DNA of 64,000 nucleotides, taken from contig NC_087436.1 of NCBI RefSeq assembly GCF_036321535.1, positions 74,898,001 through 74,962,000 of the forward strand. Direction: 5' to 3'. The notes beneath the pieces were generated by a model. That model was given only the letters and a program-made list of their open reading frames with translations, did no database searches and was not told where the DNA came from. Source of the stretch: Camelus dromedarius. Taxonomy: Eukaryota. Positions within the stretch are counted from its first letter, which is position 1. Each line of letters starts with the position of its first letter. The position numbers were made by a program, and so were the translations under genes. Positions 13,791 through 25,370 of the stretch are shown here, in pieces.

Positions 13791-14629
13791 TTCTACTGGC
13801 CACCTGCCTCTTGACCTCCACCTCTCTCAGCAGGTTATAAGTGCACTGTGGTCCGGGGTTCATAACCAAGCCCTGTTACTAACACATATTCCAAAACAAT
13901 GCCCTTTTTGAACCACATTTTATAGAATCACTTTATTATAGTTTTGATCATTTCCCTATACATTCCCACTGTATTCAAACCCAAGACTCATCTGTCCTCT
14001 GAAGGCTTAGTTGAAATCTTCCTTCCAAACTGTACTTTTCCTAGATATTCCAGACCAAAATAATCTCCCTCTACCAAAACTCTCCCACTAAGGAGAACTA
14101 TATATTCACATTTTTACTGCTTGGTATCTGCATGTATGTGTCTGTTCCCCTCAACACAATGTAAACATCACGTACTCTTTTACATCACTGCCCCTACATA
14201 ATGTATGGCACATAGGAGACATCTCAAAGCACATCCTATTTATTTTGGATTAATGTCATGAATTGCTTAGAAATATGCCTTTGGGTTCTCTTCCTTTTCC
14301 TCATTCCCTAATAATGATGCAATTTTTTTCTTTTCTTAGGCTTCCCATAATGCTGAAATCCTTATCTATCCTATATATTTTTCATTTTGCACTTCCTCTC
14401 TTGTGTAACTCTGCTCTGGGAATCCCAGTCGGTTAAGTTTATTAGTGGTGATTAACCCAGCTGGTTGTCCTATTCCCTATAAGGCTAACAGCTGTCATGG
14501 ATATAATCAAACCTCTTTTTTTTTTTTTTTTTTTTTTTTTGGCTATGATGAAGCTCTACAGATCCAGGGAAAATATTTTGTGATTTACTGCATATAGTGA
14601 TTTAAAAGAAATCTTAGAATGGTTTAAAA

Positions 14630-14806
14630 TCTTGCTGCAGTAAGTATGGTCCATGGACCAACAGCATCCTATCAAGCTGAAAGCTTGTTAGAAAAGCAGA
14701 ACATTACCCCCCCCCTGCCCCCAACCTGGTATACTTAATCAAAATTCTACATTCTAACAAGGTTTTTAAGTGAATGCTATGAATATATAAGTTTGAGACA
14801 TACTGG
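14630..14806. mobile_element. MER5-like hAT-Charlie MITE
   Basis: tggtccatggaccaacagcatc...cttgttagaaa...taacaag...aagtttgagacatactg. Confidence 0.7.
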
Positions 14807-15057
14807 TTTAAAAACAACTGTGGCAGCTCTATATATAAATGGCAACATCTTATGTTTCATACGGTTCTAATCATCCCAACAGCCCTGACAGTAGGTAAGT
14901 TGTGGTATTTCTATTTTATAGATGAAAAGTTGACGCTCACATGTTAACTTACCCGAATCATTCTGCCTCTAATCAGTAGCGCTGATCTTGGAACCCAGCG
15001 CTATCTGCTTTCCAATTTTCTCTGCAGCATAGACTCTTTCCAGTTCAACATTATAGA

Positions 15058-15410
15058 TGTAGCAGACGCTCCCAGCATCTGCCCGTCCCTGAGGCCTTAC
15101 TGTCCCAGGATGCACTGGCAGGATGGAGCCCGGCCCCCCCGTCAGCAGTTCTCAATCAGTGACTGATGGGAGTGGGTAACTAAATGTCCCTTGAGCCCGT
15201 AGGGGAGATAATTCTGTGGTGTAGGTTTTACACAGTATCTCAGAGTTTCTCAATATGATTAATTTCCAATCAATCAGTGGGAATGCTGGCTTAATAATTC
15301 ACCTTCTCTCAGCTGCTTTTCCTTCCCTCCTGTCCTGCATCTCCCAATAACCTACTGATAACTAAATCCTTATCTCAGGCTCTGCTTCTGGGGAGAATCA
15401 CCATTAAGCT
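15058..15410 (+). mobile_element. LTR16-like ERVL solo LTR
   Basis: tgtagcagacgct start; end aaatccttatctcaggctctgcttctggggagaa. Confidence 0.75.
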
Positions 15411-15875
15411 AGCAGAACAGTCAGCTTGGTTTCTGTGAAGATTCCTCACAGCGCAACAAAAGAAGTACTAAAAAATGAACAGTTAACCTCCTTCGCCAAT
15501 AATGAGCACAACACCTTTATGAAGAGTGAGGTCTTTTCATGAGACTAGTAACAGCTGAAATATGAGATTCTGGGATGTTTATCAAAATGAAGTGTCAGGG
15601 GAATCCAAGAAAAAAAACTGACGTAACTCCCCAGCAGAGAGAGAGAGAAGATACCACGTTCTTACTTCTATAGGAATCTGTCATATAGGTCTTCAGACCG
15701 AATCTCTTGTCTCTTGTTTACAATTATTTTCTGTGGGAGGAATAAACAAGTGTCTTATATATATACTTTCTGTCCTTCAAGCCTTTGTGCATGAACATCA
15801 GGGAAATCTCGTGTAAATTGAATATCCCATCCTGACTGGCATAAATGAAGGCTTAATGATGCTAATGTCTGTACT

Positions 15876-16008
15876 CAGGGCCAGCTTCACAGCCCTGCAC
15901 TTGGTTTAATGCTCTACTGCCACTGCCTTGACATTCTTAATAATAGTGAACAAGGTACCCCACACTTTCATTTTGCACTGGGTCCTGAAAATTACACAGC
16001 CAGTCCTG
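15876..16008 (+). mobile_element. MER91A-like hAT-Tip100 MITE
   Basis: TIRs cagggccagct...agccagtcctg; internal cttggtttaatgctct...ttcattttgcactggg. Confidence 0.8.
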
Positions 16009-16619
16009 CTTGTACCAATTAAAAATTGTTTAATATATGGGTTTTCATGATACAGGAAACAGAAGTCCAGCTCAAAGAACTATTAAGGGTTGAATAACAA
16101 AGTATCTTTAGGGAAACTAGAACCAACAAAAGCTTGAGTTTCTAGTGTCTCCTGGGAGTTGTCATTAAAGGTTTGCGGCAGAGGCAGCAGGAGGAAAGCT
16201 GTGGCACCCGGATGCGCTGCAGTCCTCAGACTGACATAGGCATAGGAATAGCAGAGGTGTGACTGCGGAGACCGCGTGTTTGGCTTGACATCTGCAAGGA
16301 GTTCAGGAGACCCAGAAAGCTGGGAGCAAAAGGAGCGACCCACCATTTTCTGCATCAGGCCAGAAACCATCTGTATTCCCAATGACATATAGCGTCTACC
16401 AAACATTTACTCTGTGCCTGGCACTGTTCTAAGGTTCTTGCAGTCATTACCTGATTTAATCCTTATAGCAACCCTATGCGGCAGGTGCTAGTCTGTCCCG
16501 ATAGCGCCAGTGAGACAACCTAAGACAAAACGAGAATGAGAGATGTCCAGACTCCTGCACCCAGCAAGTCGTGGAGCCTGGAGTCAGCCTCAGAGCCCAA
16601 ATTCTTAATTACAACATGT

Positions 16620-16990
16620 AGCTCCCCTCCCCAGCGAAACAGCTTTGACTGCAAGAGGCGCGATGAGCAGATACTGCGCAGAAAGGACCCCAGTGGAGAA
16701 GTGGAAGGAGAGAGGCCGTGTGGCAGTGAAGCAATCTTGAGCGCGGCAGTTCCCCATTCCCCGACGCGTGGGGGAGGGGCGGGCAGCAGAAAATAAACAG
16801 CCTCAGACTTTGCGGAGCCCGTGTGGGGTTTTCCTGCGCCCATTTTGCTTCACAAGCACATTTTCCATGGATTGTCACCAAATTGCATCAGGTTGTCAGT
16901 GGTCTTCAATCTGGCCCACTAAGTCTGCGTTTCAGCTGATGTGGCGCAAAATTCTTGGAGGGGGAGAAGGGGTTCAGTGGAGGAGCTCTG
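16620..16990. promoter_or_regulatory. Candidate enhancer/promoter (CpG-retaining, motif-dense)
   Basis: About 15 CpGs in ~350 bp of non-repeat DNA; GC box 16770-16783, forkhead aaataaaca 16791-16799, kB-type ggggttttcc 16825-16834, C/EBP-ATF attgcatca 16882-16890, E2F-like tggcgcaaaa 16942-16951. Confidence 0.5.
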
Positions 16991-18664
16991 GCTCTTGCTG
17001 CTTCCACCTGCCCCGCTGCACTTTTACCTGCTTTAATCTAAATATAAGGATTATGCGTAAGAATTCTTTTGCAAAAAGATGAGGTTCTGCAGCTAGAAAC
17101 AAATGTTTAAAAAGCATTGCTCTGGCTGGGTTGTCACTTAAAAGCAAATTGGAGTGAAAATGAACTGACTGTAGGTGGATCCCAGCCTGGGTCATTAGAC
17201 AAAAGATAATGTGAGTATTTGGTGATTTTGGAACCCTGGGCAGAACAAATTTGAAACTTTCCTATGCCAAATGCTTGCTCATTAACTGTTTGTTCCTAGC
17301 TTAAGAAACAGTTAAGTGTTTGCACCAGGTCTCTCCAGGAAAAGCAAAAAAAAAAAAAAAAAAAACACAAAAAAAACAAAAAAAAAACCTTACAGGGCCA
17401 ACTCAGAAGACTTTACAAGAAAGTGGCCTAGACCTTCTTTCATGCAGGAGCTGGAATTAATTGTCCTTTCCACCGTTTTCCTACAGCATCCAACAATTAT
17501 TTGACTATCTGTTATGTGTAAAACACAACGCAGCCTGTCTTCAAGGGACACACACTCTAGTAGGTAAAAGGAGCTAAGTCATGGCAACGGTCACTTTCGG
17601 ACTCGTGTTGCAGAAGGAGAGAGTGCTGATGGCTGTAAGACGTGGGGAAATTGATGAAAGAACGGTACCCAGGTTTGGCCTCAGAGAAATTACAGTCCAC
17701 TAGGTGGATATGTATGTTTCCCAAGAGGAAGGTGAAACAACTGCTATGTAGAGGTTCCAGTAACGTGAACAAAACCCACAAACCCTGAAAAGCCTCCTTT
17801 GTGGGTGGGAACTTGGTTTTTTCATATTTTCCCTTATTCCACATGCTCTTCAACATCTGGGCCTATGCATCAAATTTATAGACCTTTGTTTATGGTTCAG
17901 ATGGACCTCTGTATAGCTCAGCTCAAGTTTGATGATGAAAGCACATCTTCCTTATTAATATAATTCTATTAAAATATGTGTCAGCAAGCAGTGTTTATGG
18001 AGAGTCAAATGTGTGTGGCCATCTGGGACAATCTAATTATTTACTAGAAAATATATATTTAAAATTTTCTAAAACATCCAAGGCTACTGGTGTGTATTCC
18101 TACCTCTTGTTTACCAGTCCATTCAGGGGATTAAAAAGTGCACCTCTTATAAAAGCAAACCATGACACAAAGCTTTGGCTCACTAATTGGCAATGTTCCT
18201 TCAAATAATACGGATTGGAGAAGAGACCAAGTATAACTTAAGACATGTCAGCTCTGAAACTATTACTGTTTTTATTTCTTGGACCATACCTCTTCCCCCA
18301 ATTTAAAAATTATTGTGATAAAATAAAAATAACATAAAATTTACCATCACATAACCTTGTTTTAAATTATAAGTTCTTAGAATGTGAAATGTGAAAGTCA
18401 AGATCTTTGAAAGTTCTTTTTTTAATTTGTAGCTTTTGTTTTTCCCACTAGTACATAAAACACCAAAATACTTTGGAACCTTATATTCCTCCATCTCCCA
18501 GTTTTAGAGCATGCTTCCTTTCCCTCTTTTATCCTAAATTAATGTCGTAAACAGCAATGAGTAAAACGTATCAGTCACCTGTGAACTTACCAACACATCA
18601 GTAAGAATGGTTTTAGGTATCCAACTAGTTGTACCTTTTGAGTTAGGTTACAAATTATGTTTTT

Positions 18665-18810
18665 TAAAACACTTTTATTGTGATATAATTCCTGTACAGT
18701 AAACTACACATATTTCAGACGTACAATTTGATGAGTTTTGTTAGATGTATATACCTATGAAACCACCACCACAATCAAGATAGCTAACACTTCCATCACT
18801 CCCCAAGAGG
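18665..18810 (-). mobile_element. Old LINE-1 3' tail (L1MB/MC-like)
   Basis: ttttattgtgatataatt...gtacaatttgatgagttttg...aaccaccaccacaatcaagata. Confidence 0.75.
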
Positions 18811-18811
18811 T

Positions 18812-19262
18812 GCAAATTTCAAACACCTTTTTATCCCTTCCCACTCACTTTACCCCTGGGTAACCATAAGTGTGTGTCTGTGAGTTTTTTTTCCTGTTTT
18901 GTAGATAAGTTCATTTGTGTCCTGTGTTTTAGATTCCGCATGTAAGCGATATCATATGGTATTTTTCTTTCTCTTTCTGGCTTACTTTCCTTAGAATGAC
19001 AATATCCAGGTCCATCCATGTTGCTGCAAATGAGATAATTATATTCTTTTTTATGGCCAAGTAGTATTCCACTGTATATGTATACCATAACTTCTTTATC
19101 CAGTTGTCTATCAGTGAACATTTAGGTTGTTTCCATGTGTTGGCAGTTGTAAATAGTGCTTCTGTGAATATTGGGGTGCATGTGTCTTTTCAAATTATAT
19201 TTTTCTCCAGATATATGCCCAGGAGTGGGACTGCTATATCATAAGGTAAGTTTATTTTTAAT
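18812..19262 (-). mobile_element. Lineage-specific (cetartiodactyl/camelid-type) LINE-1 3' fragment
   Basis: ttttagattccgcatgtaagcgatatcatatggtatttttctttctc...gatatatgcccaggagtggga; similar to the 3' end of the L1 at 49528-54087. Confidence 0.88.
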
Positions 19263-19489
19263 AAAAAAACACTAAAAACAAATTATGATTTTAAAGGACA
19301 TTTGAGGATTCCAGGGTATGTCCCAAATCTTGATATTAAGTTAAAAATAGTAGCCATTCTCCTCACAAACACTTCTTGGCAAGGTTTATAATCCATTCAG
19401 GGACTTTTCACAAAATGGAGGGGAGATATTTTCTCTTCCATATCATAACATCTAAAGGAACTAATAACAACTAAAGAAGCATGAATCAG

Positions 19490-19570
19490 AGTGGGCTGTC
19501 TCAAAGTAGCTCCCCTGTCACTGAGGAGATTTAAGCAAAGGCAAGATCACCTGCTGGGAATGCTGCCCAG
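19490..19570 (+). mobile_element. CR1/L3 3' fragment
   Basis: gggctgtct...agctcccctgtcactgaggagatttaagcaaaggc; related copy at ~42000-42110. Confidence 0.5.
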
Positions 19571-19894
19571 AGGTAGAGGAGTGTTGGGAATTTATGGGTT
19601 TTGAGGACTTGGCTTAGAAGACCAGCACTGCCAAGGGACACACTAATAATAAATAGGAACTTTTCCCCTTTTTTTGTGCGTCTCCTGGCCATCCTATTGA
19701 ACCTGCCACCTAGGGTGTGAGAAATCTCTTAGGTACAGAGTAGAGAAGTCTTCCACATCTGGAAGTCCATGAGTACTCGTGAAGCATGGGAATATACATC
19801 TCAGCATGCAAGCCACCAGAGTTTTGTACTGTGTCTGTGAACATCTGTGCTTTATCCCAATTTATTATGAGCATCTGTTAGCAAGATGTGTCCT

Positions 19895-19980
19895 AAGGTA
19901 ATGGCTTCTTTGCTTTACACAATTTCAGCTTACGAAAGGTTTCCTGGGAACACTCTATTTTCGGATAGCAGGGGAAACTT
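19895..19980. mobile_element. TcMar-Tigger-type terminal fragment
   Basis: cagcttacgaaaggtttc...ctctattttcggatagcaggggaaact followed by TA. Confidence 0.55.
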
Positions 19981-21039
19981 ATACTCATTTAATCGTAATT
20001 GATATCGTTTTACCCAAACAGTTTTTCAGAAGGCTCCTAAGGAGTCACCCTCCAGGTGGAATTTTGAAAAGCTGGAGCTGGGACCCTTTTTCTGAGGAGG
20101 TGTGTTTGGATGCTGCTGTTCACCCCATCAAGGATGTGGGGCTGGCAAACACTGCCCCTCAGTCCAACCACAGCCTCAGCACTGTGATGCAGTAATTATC
20201 ATCAGATGTAATTATACTCCAGCTAGAAAGTTGTTGATGTTTTCCCAACGTATTGTGCTAATGGAGCCCCCTGTGGTCTAGCAGTCCGTAATAGCTCTGT
20301 GTCCGACTGTCTGACTCATCTCCATATTTTAAAGATGTTCCTCTGTTCTTATGGTTTTCCTGAAAATTCCAGAGTTTTGTGCCCTGGGATGCTGCTGAAG
20401 AACTTTTAAAAAAAATTCTGAAGAATGCCAAGCCCTTGAAATGAGACCTGCCAGCCTCTTAGGAATGGTGTGCTCAGCTGCCTGGAAGTCCTCTGCTTCT
20501 TTGCAGAGGATGTTTTCTGGATGGTTGTCTTCATTACAAGCAAAATACCTTGAATGAGTTGGGGCTAGGTGCCCAGGATCCTAACATTATTCTCCGTTTT
20601 CTTTTCTTTTTTTTTTTTTTTTTTTTTGCCTGTTCTGAGCAATGTTGGTGACTAGAAGCAAGGACTTACTCAAGAATAACATCCTGAAAATGGTTCTGCA
20701 ACCCAGGGTGAAATTTTTAATTTTTAGTAACAGACAGGGCAAAGGCACAAATAGATCAGAGCTTGGCTGTCTAAACAACTAATACAACCAAACTTGTACA
20801 CACCAGCAGACTCTCAGCCCTGGTGCAGACTGACTGTCAAAATGAAAGTCTTCATGCAGATTGATGCTTGAAGTGTCTTGTACCCATGGTTGCAGAATGC
20901 CTTCAGGAGTTATTTCTGCCTTTGCCTTTCCCTCATTTCTGAAGGATAGTTTTCCAACCTTGACTTATTCTTCTCTCCTCTACTTGCCTTAGTGTTGGGA
21001 CTACCTGGTTTTTCCTTTCACTTAAAAAAATACCCTCCC

Positions 21040-21283
21040 CTAAGTGAAAGAAGCCAGTCACAAAAGACCAAATATATGGCTCCACTTAAGTGAAATGTCC
21101 AGAATAGGCAAATCTATAGAGACAGGAAATAGACTAGTAGTTGCTAAGGGCTGGGGAAGTGACAGATAGGGAAGCGATAGCTAAAAGGTTCAAGGTTTCT
21201 TTTTGAGATGATGAATGTGTTTTAGGATTGTCTGTGGTGATTGCTGCACATGTCTGTGAATTTACTAAAGACAACTGAATTGT
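21040..21283 (+). mobile_element. L1MB-like 3'UTR fragment
   Basis: ctaagtgaaagaagccagtcacaaaagacc...gaaatgtccagaataggcaaatctatagagacag. Confidence 0.85.
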
Positions 21284-22250
21284 GGCTGACTTTTGGTCCA
21301 CATGGACCACCTGACTAGGTTTAGACCCAAACCTCAGCCTTTGGGAATTGAACAGGGATCAATGCAGCTTGATAGGAATACAAAATCCCTCAGAGATGCC
21401 TTTCCATCCTTTATTCCTGCCACCCTTATGATTTCACAAATATTCAAAATTGCACTATTCAAGCCATAGCCCCAGGTAGCGAAGAAAAGATAGGAGAGCA
21501 AGTGATAAAATAATTATTTTCCTAAATGTGCCACTCAACCTTTTCAGAGTGAACTACTTCTTCCCCTGCACTTCCTTTTGTGCTTCAGCTCGGGCCCTTT
21601 CGTACAGCACTTCTTGTGCACCTGATGGTACTGAGTTGTCCTTTCCTTAGATCCTAGAGGCAGTTGTAATAAGGACTCAAACGGCTTTGTTGTTACTTCA
21701 CCAGATTAAAAAGCATACAAATTATGGTGAAACATTGATGGGCCCTCTGACTGGCGGAGAAAGCGCTAGGTGCTCATCCCCATCAAGGCTCTCCTTAGGC
21801 CATTATGGAAAAGCACCTGGTAGAAGTGAAGGCGAGGCACAGAGGACAGCCATCTGAAGTGTACTCTTCAAAGGTGAGGTGGTTTGTTTGGTATTTATTG
21901 TTTTTGTTTATTTGTTTTGTCTTGTTTGTAACTTTGTTTTGGTTTTTCTTGCATTGTTTTGGGTTTCAGTGAGCTCACTTAAAAAACATGACATACATCC
22001 TTCCTCAATTCTTACTTTCTGCCTTTAAGTTTAAGTAAGTGGTAGCCACGGTAGAACCCAGGGAAAATGGGCCAGGGATACTACTGAGATTGATCTAGTG
22101 TAGGTCCTGAAAAGGAGGGGCATGAGGTGACCTGATGGTGATCCCATGTCATTGATTTAGAATACCATATTTGAGTTTACGGCCAACATACAGACCAATA
22201 GCATTGTTCCATGATCTAGAAAAGTCTTTAAATATTATTCCTCAAAAACC

Positions 22251-22286
22251 ATGGTGTGGCCACTAGATGGTGTGGCCATTAGATGG
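22251..22286 (+). repeat. 16-bp tandem duplication forming two CTCF-like motifs
   Basis: atggtgtggccactag atggtgtggccattag atgg. Confidence 0.6.
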
Positions 22287-24544
22287 CTACTCAGGATTTG
22301 TACTCCAACCACTGATTAACAATTACCTTCCCAGCGCCACTAACTATACAGTTCTGTCGATATCACTTTGGTCTAGTAATCATTCCACCGACATCCTCTG
22401 TTTAAATCCACCAACATACCATCTACATTAGCTAGTTGAGGAAACCGATGTGGGTTCAGAATAGTGAAGAAGGCCATTCCAGGCTGCCTATCATTTTATG
22501 CTGACATTTTTCCAATTTACAGAAAATAGAGAAATTAATACTCTTTCCCTAGTTGCTATCTGAAATCAAAATAACCTCACAATTTGAGAGAAAACAAAGT
22601 TACTCCAGATCATTTCAAAGCCTTCTAAAAATCTGAATTATCTTTAGAAGATACATTTTTAACAGTATGGAGAAATTTACTGGACAGAAGCCATGGCTGA
22701 ATTTGACTTTCTGGGGCACAGGAATGCTAAGGAATCAACTGAAAGAGAGGAGGAGAAGCATTGTTATTGGCCCAGAATATTCAGCGTACTGATTATCTCA
22801 GAAAGTTGTGAACAGGAAAGAATTGCCTGAAAGGAGATGGAAAATCTAGTCAAGGAATTCTACCTTTGGGAGGGGACAAATAGGATACTCTGATCTGCCT
22901 TCTTTTGTTTAGGTTTTACTTAATAGCAAAAGTAAGGAGATATATTAGGCATCATAATCCAAGCATCTCAAAATCAAGCACCGTGAATCCTAAAGCTGCT
23001 TTAATGACAGCTATTACTTAACATCTGTCCAAAACCTAGTATATGCTCTAAAAAATTCTTCCTCTCCAGAGACTTCAAAATGAAAAGACATACAGCTGAT
23101 TGATCCCATGTCTTCTTACTAGCTTTTCTAAAAGAGTGCCCTGAATCACACTCATTGGGGCACCATTCCGCAGCACTGCTATATCCCAGAATTCCCTGTT
23201 GGGCCACTAAAAGCAGAGGCTTTACCAAAGCTGTTGGCTTTCTTATTTAATAAAAGGCTCAGTCTTAGAATTCTGGTTATTTAAAATCTCTCTCCAAGTG
23301 TGGATGTTCAGGGGCTGGGGGACTCAGTTGATGTGAGTCAGTAATATTGAATTTAAGGAAAAATTAATTTTCAAAAAAATGTTTACTTAAACCATGATGA
23401 ATCTCAAGGTCTGCAGAGCAGTTTAGTGTTGATGCCATTGGCTGCTATTTACTTTCCCAGAAGCTGTAGTACTTATTCCTAAATATCCTTAGGAACATTT
23501 TATAATAAGCTTTTCCAACAATACACACAAAAATGATAATTGGGAAGTCTAGTTAACATAGCCTAATGAAAAGGGAAACTTTTCATTAGCTCCATCTCCT
23601 TTGCATTCAAGTGCAAAGGGTCAGGGAAAGAGAAGCTGGACCATTCAGTGAACACCAAATCTGTGGCCTTTCAAACCTAATCCATGATTAATGTTTACTA
23701 ATAATTAGGTAACCATAGTCACTTGAAGAATATTTTCCTAGAACTGGACATTTGTGGTAAAATAACAGGCCATGTATGCTTCGAATGCTTTAAATCATTT
23801 GAGAAGCTGCAATTAGCCCTCAAACAGTTGGCTGATAACCTTTTCACTTCCACAGGGCATGCAGCGAGTTTTGCCATGTAAGGCAAAATCAACACCTAGT
23901 GGTTCTTTTGAGAACTTAGATGCTAATCATCAAGCACTTCCCAGAGGTTGAGCCCTAGTATATTTAACAGGAACTGTCAAAACAAGGTTACAAAAACAGA
24001 GTGTATTTTAAGTGTTTACATTTAATGAATCAACATGCGTAAAACATATAAACTTAATACAGTATAATTGTACTGTTCACAAAGTAGTTTATAAGTATTA
24101 ATTCAGGCTCTGTAATATCATGATGAGATAACTGTATAGTTGCATGAAAAAAAAAAGTCTTTTACTTCTGTCCTGGATCTCTCTGACAATAGGTATAACC
24201 TCATTTGAAGTTAAGGTGGAAGTCTAAAACACACATTTTGTAACATGAGGCCTAGGCCAGCTCTAATGGCCTCCTAGATGAGTTATCCTGGGCTAGGCTT
24301 TACCCTTCTTCCTCTCAAAGGGACACAATGGAATCATATTTCAAAACTATTTTAAAAGAACAAGATTATTAAATTTGGTGAGAGAGTACTGTTCTTAAAA
24401 GCAAAATGTTGGTTTTTCATCTTTGCTAAGCTTTTCAATATCTCTGGTCATGCAATACCATGGTATATCATGGTCTGGTTTTTATTCATGGTTTATTGCT
24501 TATCTCATGCCAAGTCAGCTGAATATGAGCTTAAGGGAATTTAA

Positions 24545-25319
24545 CAAACAGGTAATAATAGTGATTTATAAGTCATATATATATATGTTGTTACATATAA
24601 ATCTCATGATAACCACAAATGAAAAACCTGTAATAGATACACAAACAAACAAACAAAAAGAAATAAATCCAAACATAACACTAAAGTTAGACACCAAATC
24701 ACAAGGGAAGAGAGTAAAAGAAGAAAGAAACAAAAAAGAACTACAAAAACAACCTGAAAACAATTAACAAAATGCCAATAAATACATACCAATCAACAAT
24801 TACTTTAAATGTAAATGAACTAAATGCTCCAGTCAAAAAGCGTACAGTGGATCAGTAAATTTAGGAAAATAAGACTCATATATATGCTGCCTATAAGAGG
24901 CTTACTTCAGATCTAAAGACACAAACAGACTGAAGTGAGAGGATGGAAAAATATATTCCATGTAAATAGAAATTTTTAAAAATCTTGGGGTAGCAATAGT
25001 TATATCAAAAAATAGACATTAAAAAAGACTGTAACAAGAGACAAAAAAATACATAATAAAGGGATCAATCTGACAAGAAGATGTAACAATTGTAAATATA
25101 TATTCACTCAACATAGGAGCACTTAAATACATAAAGCAAATATTAACAAACAGAGAAGTTGATGCTAACACAATAATAGTAAGGGACTTTAACACCCTAC
25201 TTACACCAGTGGGTAGATCATCCAGACAGAAAATGAATAAGGAAACATTGGCCTTAAGTGACACCTTAGACCAATGGATGGAGATACACACACACATACA
25301 CACACACACACACACACAC

Positions 25320-25370
<51 letters not shown>

